NCBI RefSeq assembly: GCF_004010195.1
Contig: NC_057719.1
Coordinates: 71,545,017-71,603,603 of the forward strand
Reading direction: 5' to 3'
DNA length: 58,587 nucleotides
Origin: Chiloscyllium plagiosum
Taxonomy: Eukaryota
Shown here: positions 37,050 to 49,537 of the stretch, in pieces
Position numbering within the stretch: the stretch's first letter is position 1
Layout: every line of letters starts with the position of its first letter
Notes under the pieces: model-generated
Told to the model about the DNA's origin: nothing
What the model saw: only the letters and a program-made list of their open reading frames with translations
The model's database searches: none
Made by a program: the position numbers and the translations under genes

Positions 37050-40000
37050 AGATTGCCTCATGTTTAGTTTCTCTTCCTCAATTATCACAGCCAGGCTGAA
37101 CTAATCGTACACCGTGAGCTATTGACAGTTAACAGAGACAGAAGCAAAAACTAAACAATTGAACGTTAGGCCTTTAGCCACTTGTAAAATGAAAGATCTT
37201 AGTTTAAATTCAACTTTCCTCAATAGCAAATATATGTATATCCTGTTGTTTCTTCGATTGAAGTTTCTCTGTTTTCTCTAAGCACAGAAATAATCTTTGG
37301 GATATGAGGGTCTCTGATGATGGTGCTGAGGTCTAGGACTTTGAGATTGTAGTTCTGTGTAATCATCTGACAAGACTGATAATAAACATCGCAGTTGCTC
37401 ATCAGAAAAAAAACCCATCCTCATTATCACTGTTCACAAAGTATCCTGGACTGCTTGCTATCAAGCATCTTGCATTCCCACAATGTGTTGTCATTCAGCT
37501 GATAAGTGTTGGTGCTGAGCACTGCTTCAGTCATGAGAGAGAAAATGCAAGCTTGTCAAAGTACACTTAGATGGTCATTTCCTCTGCTTCTGCTCTGACA
37601 TTCTTATTGGATAGCAATGATAGTCAGTGACCACTCTCAATTCTCTATCACAGAGGACTGTGGAAGCTGTCAATAAATAGCTTCAAGCGCGAAATTAATA
37701 AAATTCTTGATATTGAAGGTATTATGGAATATGAGGAGAATGGCTTTGAGGTAGAAGATTAGACATGATCTAGCTGAATGGCAGAGCAGACATAATTGGC
37801 TAAATGGTCTACTTCTGATCTAATTGCATTTTTTCTATGGTTCTGCCTTCAAATCTCCTCACACGATGTGCAAAATCACCACTAACGTGTAGGCTTAATT
37901 GATACAAGTCACTTCATAATCACTGATGCTTTCTACAATAGTAGTCCAGCTAAGCATTTGCGCCCAATAAGCATGGCAGCTACTCAGTTGTGGGAATCTG
38001 TGAGTTACTTGGCTTTGAAGTTATACTGACAATCCGATTATCTGCAAATGTGTTGAGAGAGATGATGGAACAGTCAGAGTTTGGCAATTGATGCAAACTT
38101 TCCACCAAAGGAATGTATGTGTCATTGTTTCATGCCTAGATGTAGGCTAGTGATTCCTGCTTGGAAATAGAATATTTGTGGTCTGTTTCTGACAATAGGC
38201 ATGATTCATAAGTGATCAGTCAGTCACTTCCTTCAACGGACTGGGAGAGCTCCAATTGCATTTCCAGATGCTTCTGTTATGACTAACGTTTCCACGTGTG
38301 GGTTGAAATGCATAAGGCCTGCTGGTGATGTTAGCCTCACCTTCCCAGTGTTACTGCCTGATTCTCCAATTGCATTGTATATCTCTGCACAGCAGTTTCT
38401 GAACAAGTTATGCGATCTCTGCTATTTTCGATCGAAGCAAATTTGAGATCGAAGATGCTAGGAATTATCCCACTTCTTTCATGGTTAACAGGATTTGAAA
38501 TGCATTAGACATTGTGTGTAGGCTTTTTCTCCAGCTGGTGTCACACTCTATTTTGGCCGCTGTGAATGTGGCTTTGTCCTTGTTGAATATCAAATTGTGT
38601 TCTGCAAGTCATGTCAGAACCAATCGTAACCACTGCTCATGCTCTGCATTGTCCATTCTGTAGGTGATGGCATCATCATATAGGCTGACCATCCCCTTAA
38701 CATCTGACATTTCTGAAAAAATTACATCTGAAATGTGTTCGGTGCTCAACCTGCTACGAATGTGTGTAATAAAAATTAGATATTGACTTAGTTTAACTCG
38801 TGATATCTGGAGATAGCTCTGTCACTTGTCAAGCTTTGGAAAGGTTACAACATCATGAAATTATAACGATAGTTACCGGATCATAAGAAGTGAACACTAG
38901 CTGTGTTGAACATCTTAGGGTCAAGTTGAAGTCTATGCTCACCATTTCAGTGTTGTGTAACAACTAGGTTCAAATTCATGGCAATGAGTCAATTCACTCA
39001 ATGATGCCATCTGCTTCACATTGATTCAACTGACACTTTAGCAGAGATTGCAAGTGGCAAATGTCTCAAATTTTATGACACTGTTGGAATTGATGTGTTG
39101 AGGTGAGAAGCATGACAGTACCCTTAATCTATCCAAATCTGGTAAATAAGGGAGGATTTGTGTAGTCTGTGTCATCAATCACATTAGCGTGTGGCTTGAT
39201 GGAGTTTTCAAATTCGAATCCAATCTTATTGAAAAGGTTTATCTGCTATAAATTCAGCCTTCGCTCATGTAGGATGCGAACTTGTCGAAGTTGACATTTT
39301 TGTGACATATTGAATCTGATATCATTCTCAGTACTGGGATAATTAATTCAGCATAGTCTTGAAAAGCATCTGCCACAAGAGTGGGAAAAGAATTGCACAT
39401 TATAGCAAGAGTAAATTTTGTTGCTCAGTTGGATACTTCTGCACCAACTTCAATGAGAAGTGACACTGAGAGCCTGGCTGAGCAATTCTTAAAATAATCC
39501 AGTGCTTACTGTCAGTTACTGTGTACACATACGGTACCTTTCTCAGAAAAATATTCCTCTAAATGGCAAACCGATAATGTCCTCTTATTTACCATAATCT
39601 GGGCACTTGTTTGAAGGTTTCTGATTGTAATGGGGCACATAGAGTCATACAGCATGGAAACAGAATCTTCGGTCCAACTAGTCCATGTCAAACATGTTAT
39701 CAATATAAACCAGTCCCACCCATCTACATTTGGCCAATATCCCTCCAAACCTTTTCCATTCATGTACTTATCCAAATGTGTTTTGAATGTTGTAACTATA
39801 CCTGCATCTACCACTTTCTCTGGCAGTGCATTCAACCACGCAAACTACTCTGTGTGAAAAAGTTGTCCCCCCATGTCCTTTTTAATTTTTTTTCATCTTA
39901 CCTTAAAAATATGCCCCCTCATTTTGAACTCCCTCACCTTGGGGAAATGAGCTTTGCTATTCACCTTGCCCCTCATGATTTTATAAACTGACATAAGGTC

Positions 40001-41356
40001 ACCTTTCAACTTCCTAAGCTCCAGTGAGAAAAGTCCCAGCCTATCCAAGCTATTTTTATAACTCAAACACTCCATTCCTGGCAACATCCTGGCAACCATT
40101 TTTTCTGAACCCTTTCCAGTTTAATAATATCCTTCCTATAAAAGGACGAACAGAACTTTACACAATACTCCAGAAAAGGTCTAACCAATGTCCTGTACAC
40201 CTCAACACGATGTCCCAACTCCTCTACTCAGAACCTGAGCAATGAAGGCAAGCATGCTAAATGCCTTCTTAACCATCCTTTCTACCTGTGACGCAAATTT
40301 CAAAGAATTATGTAACTGAAGGCTGAGGTCTCTCTGTTCTGCAACACTACCCAGGGCCCTACCATTAATTGTACATGTCCTACCCTTGTTTGTTTTACAA
40401 AATGCAATACAATGCATTTATCCAAATGGTATTGTGTCTCCTCAGATCTTTTTGTCTGTAACTCTTATATTGTGTCAACAATCCTGAGTTTAAGGGTGTA
40501 TTTTCAATGCATTTTTAATCTAACAGGATGGATTGGATTTGGACAACCAAAGTTGTAGCTTTATCCAAGGTTGAATAAACATTCTTTGTAAGGAGACATT
40601 CACTAATTCATGACTTGAAGATTTTTCAACAACTTAGTTATGAACTGGCTCTTCAGTTAGTGGATCACATTTACCTCTAGAAACTAAGTGCTGTTATACT
40701 GTCACATAAAGTTTAATGGCTCAGCATTTCCTTGGCGTCTCTGGCAGAATGTTCATCATTTGATCATCACACCTTTCTTTGACCAAAATATTTTTTGAGT
40801 AGTTATTGCCATATCAGATGTGTCTTCTCTGAGTTTCTTGAATACTCACTGAATTTCTGCTCTAGACAACATACTAGTAATGTCTTTTTATGGGTCACTA
40901 CTACCTGTGGATTGCCAATATCTGTTTTGACCGAGTAGGTCTTGAACCATGAAATGCAACAATCCCTGCTGAAGGAAGGAAGGAGCAGCAACTGGTAAAC
41001 TTAAACCATTTTCCATCATCTCCCTTGCCACTTGTGATGTTTTGTGCCTTGGAGATACGCAGAAATGATACACTCCAGATTATATAGGAATTTTATTTAA
41101 TGCTTAAAATGTTTGATTTCATTCAGCCAGCAGTTTGATTCCAGTCTGATTTCTCTTTCTCAGACACTGTATCAGGTTTAACTAATCACCACAGTGAGCA
41201 GTTAATAGATTCACGTAATCTAACATCAACCAAGTGAATATTACACATTCAAGTAAAATCTAAACAAAATGACCAAAACAAAATGATATTGCCCTAGACT
41301 GACGGAAGGAGTGCAGAAAATGTCTGTTTTATCTGTCTGCAGTTTGGGAAATTACA
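37050..41356 (-). mobile_element. Ancient Ty3/Gypsy LTR retrotransposon relic (probable 5' LTR, PBS, gag, pol), with nested CR1s
   Basis: RT: FPKLDK*QSYLQI...IFITH (about 38760-38845) and DVKGMVSLYDDAITY...EHEQWLRLVLT*LAEHNLIFNKDKATF (about 38560-38710). gag-like LSLPVAAPSFL...KKTLLVCCL...FCQRRQG (about 40540-41015). PBS-like tggcaagggag at 41020-41030. Left boundary uncertain. Confidence 0.72.
39638..40430 (-). mobile_element. CR1 (HER1-type) 3' fragment inserted in the Gypsy relic
   Basis: RMLPGMECLSYKNSLDRLGLFSLELRKLKGDL...NALPEKVVDAG plus 3' UTR. Confidence 0.9.
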
Positions 41357-44268
41357 TTGTGCTGGTTATTGTTGTCTCTAGTATGTAAAAGCGGATGTTC
41401 TCAAGCAAATATGTAGACTGGGATCCATATTCATGATCACTATTTGCATTATGGCTAGAGACCCTGAAAATCTGATTTGGTAACAGCTGCTCCCTAATAT
41501 GTGCAGTTCCTGTCATTAACTGCATATTATTTACTTTAGTAAGCACAAGTACTAGCTGTCATTACATCTTTTGTTTGAAGATTTAAGATGCCTTTTTAGA
41601 TTTTTGAAGAATAGGCTTCGATTTCAACTGCTAACTAAAGAACAACCGCAAATATGCAACTGTCAAATATTTTTGAAGAGAACTAGCACTGAATTCTACT
41701 AACAACAAGTTATTTTACAATACCAGGTTCCCAAGAGACCAAATAAATATTTTTTGAGTATTCGAGCTGAAGACATTATTCACATTTTGGCTATGGATGA
41801 GCATAGCTGAGAATTTTGGGAAAATTCCTCAGTTATTATTGTCTTCACCTGGTTAAGGGAAAAAAAAGATGGGCAATGGGCTGTACTTCAGGCCATTTTG
41901 CAAAAACAACCCCAATTTGTTATTGGTTTTCTATGCCAACTGATAGATGAACATTCCCAATGTCTATATATAATGAATGAACTATTGAGACAATGAACTA
42001 GTCTGGCTGAATTTATATTGAATTTGAACTGCACTTCTATTCTTGAACTGCATTGAGAAATATAACCAAGTAGACATATTGCTGCATCTCAGTATAGGTC
42101 ATATATTGTATAAGTTACTTTGACATGGGACTGTCAGTTTTGTCATACATATCTACCAGCAGCTATTTTTGAGCCAATAGAATCCATTACAAGCAGTGAG
42201 AAACGTCGCCCTCTCTCATAGCTGCTACTCCACTGTTTTCTAAAGATTATATGAACTAAATTCCTAGAAGGTTCAAGCCATTGAATTCTCAACCTCAGCT
42301 GCCTGCTAGCAAGATGGTGACAAATGGAAATCAGGTGCCATTACTTTAAAGATTGAGAGAAAGTTAGATGGATAATCTCCTTTAGGCCATTTTTACACTT
42401 GTTCTATTAACTGGTCAAGATGATCAGATGCTTATCTCATCCGCTCATGCAACATACTTGTGGGAAGTGAAGTGACAAGGGGAAAATTGGAAGTAAAAGA
42501 TTACTGTTATAATGCCTTTTGGATGCACTCAACATTTCAGACAAGTGGATATAGTCAAGCAGAATAGTATTCATTATCTTAACATATCTTGGTTAGAATG
42601 AAAACTGAAATATATGATGCACAAAAGTGGTAAGACATTGAAAATGGGGTCAGTTCACAAATCTGATTCCAGATGCAATTCAGTAAAAATTATAAGGAAC
42701 ATAATTTATCATCAAGGATTTACCTGAAGAATCTGATCAAATCTAACAGTCAAAAAACTGAAGTATCTGAGCATGAACCCTGTTAACTGAAAGGTCTTGT
42801 GATAGAAGTACAGCAGCTATTCAGTAGACTAAACGTAGGCAGAACAAAGTGCATGGATGATAAAAACTCTCATGCACAATTAGCAAGCAATATTAACCTT
42901 ACGGTTAACAAAACCAACATTGTCTGAAGTACTGAATGTATTTGAATATTAGAATGGTCCACATTTGAAGTGTTTGCCAGATTGTTAACAAAAATTATGA
43001 GCATTCTCATACAGTTCAAAAATCATATGTAGGTGGGAGTTTGACATTTCACTGAATGCTTTCTTTTAAAAGTTTTACTGAAAAAGCCAAGTGAAATGCA
43101 TGCATGTCTTATTCATCACATTAAATATTCAGTTCCTTTATTTTGCAATCCATTGTTGATGAGTGTTAAGGCAAACATTTAAAAGAGGAGAAACAGGTGA
43201 AAATACTGTATGAAGCACATTTGCCTACATATCTTTAATGCCTGAGGGCGCATAGAACTCCCTATTAAGTACTTGCACAATATCTAGGCACTAGATCCCA
43301 CATTCAATCCCTGAAGTATCCTGAATTTGCTGATAACAATGGCTTGAAACTTGGGCACACTGTACGATATAAGTGCAGTCCTTCCTGTCTGATGTTCCTC
43401 TATGGACTTGAATCAATGCACAATAGAGGAAAAATGTCCTCCTTTTATTTTCCCCCAACTCAGCCTAACATAGGTATTAGCTGTAAAATGTTTATTAAAT
43501 GGCCAGTGGTTCGCTCATCGTGTAAACAATGGCAAGGCCATAAATGCTGGACAGCCAGTGACACCTATGTCCCACAAGTGAATAAAAAAGAAATTCAAGG
43601 TACTGCACACCTAAACACGAGGAAGCATTATTTAAAAATGAAATTATTTGTTAAAAATATTTGTTTATTATTAATAAACATCATAAGACATAGAAGTAGG
43701 ACGTTCAGCTCACTGAATCTGGTCCACCATTCAATGACTTCATTACAGATCTGATAATCCTCAACTCCACTTTCTTGCCTCATTTCCAAAACACTTGATT
43801 CTCTTGCTGATTAAAAGATACTGAGATACTCAAGTGTGCCAGCCTTGAGTATACTCAATGACCCAGGATCTATAGCCATCGGTTGTGAATTCCAAGAGTT
43901 TTATGAGCCTCTGAGAGAAGACAGTCTTCTTCGTCTTTGCCTGAAATGGGAACCTTCCACTCTGAGATTATTCCTACTGGTTGTAGACTCTCTGGCAAAG
44001 AGAAACAGCTTCTCTGTATCTACCCAGTCAAATGCCCTCAGAATCGTACATGTTTCAATGCAATTTCCTCTCATTCCTCTAAACTCCATACAGTACATGC
44101 CCACCTAGTCAACCTCTAATCATAAAAAAATCCCTCCTTGCCCAGAATCAAACTTTGTGAACCTTCTCTGGACTGCCTCCAATGCTAGTATATCTTTCCT
44201 TCGATACAGGGACCAAAGCTATTCACAATATTTCTAGCTGCCTTTATTGTTTCAGCCTGAGTGCCCTT

Positions 44269-44588
44269 GGGGTGGCACGGTGGCTCAGTGGTTAGCACTG
44301 CTGCCTCACAGCACCAGGGTCCCAGGTTCAATTCAAGCTTCGGGCGACTGTGTGGAGTTTGCACGTTCTCCCCGTGTCTGCGTGCACTTCCTCCGGGTGC
44401 TCCGGTTTCCTCCCACAATCCAAAGATGTGCAGGTCAGGTGAATTGGCCATGCTAAATTGCCCATAGTGTTAGGTGCACTAGTCAGAAGGAAATGGGTCT
44501 GGGTGGGTTACTCTTTGGAGGGTGGGTGTAGACTTGTTGGGCCAAAGGGCCTGTTTCCACACTGTAGGGAATCTAATCTAATCTAATT
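44269..44588 (+). mobile_element. HE1-type (V-SINE) SINE, near full length
   Basis: tRNA head with A box (tggctcagtgg) and B box (ggttcaattc), core gtgtggagtttgcacgttctccccgtgtctgcgtg, LINE-derived tail and (aatct)n end. Confidence 0.92.
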
Positions 44589-44760
44589 CATTTGTCTTCC
44601 CTTTGCATGTGGATTCCCAACCATTTAAATAGTCTAACCATTTAAATAAATTCAGCTTTACCGTGCTTCCTGGTAAAGTGCGTATCCTCAAAATTTTCCA
44701 CATTATCTTCCACTTGCCAGTTTTTGCTCACTCACTGAACTTGTCCATATCCATCTGGAA

Positions 44761-44956
44761 GTCAGTTAGCTCAATTGGCTGGATGGCTGATGGCAATGCA
44801 GAGTAACGCTAATTTCCACACCAGCTAAGGCTCCTTCTCAAACTCTCCCCGTGCTTGAGGCACAGTGACTCTCAGATTAAACTACCATTAGTTACATCTC
44901 TTTGACGTGACAGCAGCCCTATTATCCGGGAGGTCTATGGCAACTTTACCTTTACC
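44761..44956 (+). mobile_element. tRNA-headed SINE (family of 1912-2126)
   Basis: gtcagttagctcaattggctgga head; ctatggcaactttacctttacc tail. Confidence 0.6.
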
Positions 44957-45849
44957 AACATCCATCTGTACACTCTCATTATGTCATTCTCACCATCTGT
45001 CTCCTCACCTATATTTGTGTCATCCACAAACATTATAGTCATAGATTCACATCCCTCATTCAAGTCATTAATATGTATTGTAAATGATAGTGCCCCCAGA
45101 ATTAATCACTGTGGCACTCCACTCGTTGCAAGTTAAAGTCTGGAAAGGACTCCTTTACCCTAAATATCTGTATTTTATGAGTTAGCCAATCCTCTATCTA
45201 TGCTAATATACTATCCCTAACATCAATGACTTTTATTAAATAGCCTGATGTGCAATAAGTTATCAAATGCCTTTTGGAAGCCCAAATATATTGAATTTAC
45301 TGGTTTCTCTTTATTTATCCTGCTTGTCATCTCCTCAAAGAATTCCACTAAATTTGTCAGGCATGATTTATCTTTCATGAAGTCATGCTGACTCTAGCTG
45401 ATATCATGTATTTCTATATACTCTTTTATTACACTTTTATAATAGACTCTAACATTCTCCCAATAAAAGATGGTAAGCTATGTGATCTACAGTTACAGGG
45501 GTTCCCCGATTTACAAGCATCCAACTTATTAATGTTTGTACTTAAGAAGGCAATACCATACTGGGGAGTAATTTTAATGACCTGTACTGACTTAAATTTC
45601 CTGCACTGACAAATTTATATTGTCCTGCATAGTGCTGCAACTTGCAAGTAAATTGACTTGTAAATGGACTCCAGAACAGAACCCATTCTTAGCATGGGGA
45701 CTGCTTTTACTCAGCTTCCACTCTGACTTCTGAATGAGTGTGCAGTTGGCAATTTTCCAATCCTCGGGGACTTTTCCAGAACCTAAAGACATTTAAAGGA
45801 TTACTGCCAGTCAATCCATTATCTCTCAAATATCCAACTTCTTAAAAAT

Positions 45850-46270
45850 TTGCTCAAGGGATGTGGGTCTTGCTGCTGGGTAGCTTATATGGTTCATCCC
45901 TCGATGCCCTTGAGAAGGTCATAGTGAGCTGTCTTTTTGAACTGCGACAGTTCATGATGACAGACACTCACAGTGCTGTTGAGGAGTAAATTGCTGGATT
46001 TTGATTCAGTAACGTTGAAGAATTAGGGATTTAATTCCAAATCAGCATGATTGTGGCTTGGAGGGAGACTTGAAGGTACTGGTGCTTCCATGATTTGACA
46101 CTCTGTCTTTGTAGACAGTACAGAACACACATTTGCTATCAAACAACCTTGGTGAGTTTCTCCAGTGCATCTTGTAGATAATACATGCTACAGCCACTGT
46201 ACATCAGTGATGGAGAGAGCAAATCTTCACATTGATGATTGGACTGTGAATCAAATGGCTGCTTTGACCA
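45850..46270 (-). mobile_element. 3' end of the 11860-type LINE
   Basis: Reverse-complement similarity to 12230-12630. Confidence 0.6.
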
Positions 46271-47180
46271 GAATTCAACTACTTTGGTGCAAAAATTCAT
46301 ATTGTGTACATTTTGCTTATATTACATTAAGAGCCAATAATTTGAATATACCTAAATTTGGAAGGTTTAGCTCTACCTGTAACAATTGATATAAACATTG
46401 TAACTAAACTCAATTGTAGAAAAGAATAAACTCATTAAAATATTTGTATTGTACATACATACTTGCAAAAAAGTGCAGTTCTCAAATTTATATTCATTGT
46501 CTAAAAGTAACTGAAAGGAATATCCATTATATTTACAGTTCATTGGCTATACAAATTAAAAGGTGCAGGTGTAAGTCAGAACAGTTCCTGTCTCCAGTCT
46601 AAATGAGTATGTCTTTCACACAGCTGAGGTTAACAGCTACTCAAGTGTCATGACAACAATGCTGTAAAAAGTCCCACATACTCGAATTCAGTTTCTTTGG
46701 ACATGTCTCTTGCCTTCCACAGTTCTGTGGATCCTGCTGCAATTCCACATCACTGTTTTGAGGAATTATCACTTATAAATTTCCATTCTAATGCAACAGC
46801 AATAATCCCTGCCGTGCGCATGCCTTCTGCATATGTAAACCAAGTGTTGGTAGTTTGCAATACCTCACACCATGCTGTAAGAATTGTAATCACAACTTCT
46901 CTTACCCAGCTAACAAGATGTACTTCATTAGAACGAGTCTTCAATCCCTTGTTGACAGATTTTGAAGCCAGGATAGAATTTTGGTTAAACTGGAGAAGTG
47001 TGTTTTAAATGGACCGCAGGCCAGATAGAGAAAAATGAATCCTTTTTCTTGATTGTAAGATTTTTCACATTACATATCTCTGCTTTCAGGCAAAAGTGAG
47101 GATTGTAGATGCTGGAGATTAGAATCGAGAGCGGGGTGCTGGGAAAGTAAAGCAGGTCAGGCAGCATCCGAGGATCAGGA

Positions 47181-47250
47181 GAATCAACGTTTCGGGCAAA
47201 AGCCCTTCATCAGGAATCGAAGTTTCGGGCAAAAGCACTTCATCAGCTCT
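47181..47250 (-). ncRNA. Tandem pair of minimal hammerhead motifs
   Basis: Minus strand CUGAUGA-A-GUGC-UUUU-GCCC-GAAA-CU-UC-GAUUC-CUGAUGA-A-GGGC-UUUU-GCCC-GAAA-CG-UU-GAUUC. Confidence 0.62.
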
Positions 47251-47281
47251 GATGAAGGGCTTTTGCCCGAAACTTCGATTC
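47249..47281 (+). ncRNA. Minimal hammerhead motif (fold-back copy)
   Basis: CUGAUGA-A-GGGC-UUUU-GCCC-GAAA-CU-UC-GAUUC; the stem III palindrome is broken. Confidence 0.5.
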
Positions 47282-49398
47282 TCCTGCTCCTTGGATGCTA
47301 CCTGACCTGTTATCTCTGCTTTCAGCCTACCAATCAGCACAATTTCCCAGCAATCCTTTTTTTTTATGTTTTCAAGACATTTAATTTTTCAATACTTTTA
47401 ACCCATTTATTGTTAACAATGCAATGAATATTACATTATCAAAGTGATGCATGTGAACATAGGACAGGTGATCGCAAGGGACAAATAAATGTAATTGTGA
47501 TCATGGGTACTTTCATCTACACTTTAAAGAAATTGCAATTCCCAGGGATTGATGTGGACATGGGATAGGGAGCTATTCCACTACATTAACAAGCTGGCTC
47601 AGGGAGATGCAGATGGGTTTTGGCAGGGGAAGTATGGATGACTTTAAAGAAGGGGATCAATAGTGATGAAGAAAAGAGTCAAGCAGAAATGAATTACATT
47701 GAGGAAGAATTAAATTGAATTAATGAAGAGGAAAGAAGTTAGAAGTGAAATAACAGGGAAAATGTTAAGAGTAGTGACAGATTGAGCCTTGGGAAGCATG
47801 AAGAAGTAGAAGCGAAAAGGGTATAATACTAAGTTGGATTAGCGGCACACAGTGCAATTAATCAGCACTCTTGGTAACCACTCACCGATCCCACATGCCT
47901 ACTCCAAATTCTGCCTACCACATTCCATCCCCATCTCTGATACACCCACATGACTCCTTCCACATAGCTGTCATATTCAAAGGCACTTCATACTGAAAAA
48001 AAACTCATCCATAAAAGCTAGTCAAAAAATGCAAATGTCAATCAGTTCAAGCGGTCATTCTGTTAAAATCAACAAATGATCACCTCCACTTACAGCATCA
48101 AAGACAGAAAACACTTTTGTACGGCCATCAAAATGTGAATACAGCCTACGTGTGCATCCCTGATGGTTATTGACAATTTGAAACTGAGCTATGGCTTCTT
48201 ATAGTTCCAGCCATCAAAACACATCCTGGGAAACATGACCAATTGATCTGAAACATCAGGTTGGCCTTTCATTTTAAATTGCACTTAAACAAACTTAAAA
48301 TTCCAATCTAAAATAGTGACCCACACACAGATAGTCCTCTGCCCATTTCTCCAGGCCTCAGGGTATTACAGTTTCCTCTTAAGTTGATCATAAAAGTCTC
48401 ACATTTTTATTCTTAATAATAAATGAATAATATGATGGAGGGAGAAGAAAGTAGAAGTAATTTTTTTTCATTGCCTTCCTCATGTGTGTTTTTCCTGGGA
48501 TCCTTCTCCTCTGCCTATTCATTGCTGTTGTCTCTGAGGTTCTAGCTCTCTTATCAACGCCACGGAAAGTACTCTGGTTTTGCTACTGACCATGGCTCAT
48601 AGCAAGGAATCCTTACATACATTTGACTTCCAGACTACTACTGCCAATTGAAAAGGTGTCAGCTATATGAAGATTAAAAACTTCTGCATTTAATACATTC
48701 TCTTTATTACAACCTCCTGTTATTTCTTGCTTTATGTCTTATTCAATGGTATGACTACTATTTGAGGGCCTAAGAAACTCCCACTGTCATTTTCGGACCT
48801 TTGTTATTCCTAATCTCAACAAACACCATTTCTGTATCTCGATCTTCTGAGCCACAATTCTTTCTCAGTATTAGCATTATGTCACCCTTCACTATCAGGG
48901 CGAGACTTTTGAATTTTCCATTCTTTCAGGCTTTTCACAATGTTGTGGAACCTGTGAATATTTATTCCAGAATTTTGGTCACCTTGTAACCATGTCCGTG
49001 TAACAGCAATTTGTTCAAAACTATGTCTAGGTACTACTAATTCATATTTCATACTACAGATTACATAATTAATCTAATAAAGAGGCAAAACCTCTGGAAC
49101 CTGTTAAGAAACAAAGGATGCGGCAGTTGCTATGTTAGAAACTCTTTGAATGATAAATTAAGATGGCTGAATGTCCTTCTTAATTATCACTATCTTGTGA
49201 ACCGTTCATCAAATTGTGTTTGCCAATTCTCAAAAACACTAAACTATCTAATACTTTTCGCAATATTATTACTCGATAGCTGACCTATCTGAAGAAGGAA
49301 AGTGATCGGTAATATTACTGGTAGTCAATTTAGAACAAAATTTAGTTTATATAATTGAAATATTGGGAAAGGATATATATATATTTTTTTTTAATTAC

Positions 49399-49537
49399 CT
49401 GACAGGACAACTTCAATCAAATCTCCCTCTTGAATATCTGTCGCAGCCTTCACCAACTGTAGGATGTTTTCTGAATTAGGTTCATGTCGAAATAGCAGGA
49501 TTTTATCGTACATTCCATAAAATCCACATTCAGGAAA
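49399..49537 (-). CDS. PRKD1: Serine/threonine-protein kinase D1, internal coding exon (equivalent to human exon 2; N-terminal ubiquitin-like domain)
   Basis: tctctttaatttcAG|TTT CCT GAA...GTC CTG TCA G|GTaatt; 139 nt, phase 0 to 1. Translates [46 protein letters not shown], nearly identical to human PRKD1 as I recall it ([31 protein letters not shown]) and closer to it than to PRKD2/PRKD3. Confidence 0.95.

Larger units (their letters stand above)
43680..45830 (-). mobile_element. Old CR1 ORF2 interrupted by two SINEs
   Basis: SLGSGKVPEDWKIAN, YLGFQKAFDN, FVDDTN, MEFRGMRGNCIETCTIL, then 3' UTR. Confidence 0.8.
47090..47310. mobile_element. Miniature Penelope-like (family A) insertion with three hammerhead cores
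   Basis: Inverted terminal repeats; 15-bp TSD tatctctgctttcag at 47075-47089 and 47311-47325. Confidence 0.88.

Noticed and set aside
37220..37402. ORF with LRR-like NLKVLDLS
   Set aside because: Single motif, no convincing splice sites, and it lies at the decayed end of the Gypsy relic.
44269..44345. tRNA gene
   Set aside because: tRNA-derived SINE head continuing into the HE1 body; the same applies to 14591, 25700 and 51975.
47181..47281. 33-nt repeated units resembling a CRISPR array
   Set aside because: No unique spacers, no cas genes, vertebrate context; they are Penelope terminal-repeat hammerhead units.
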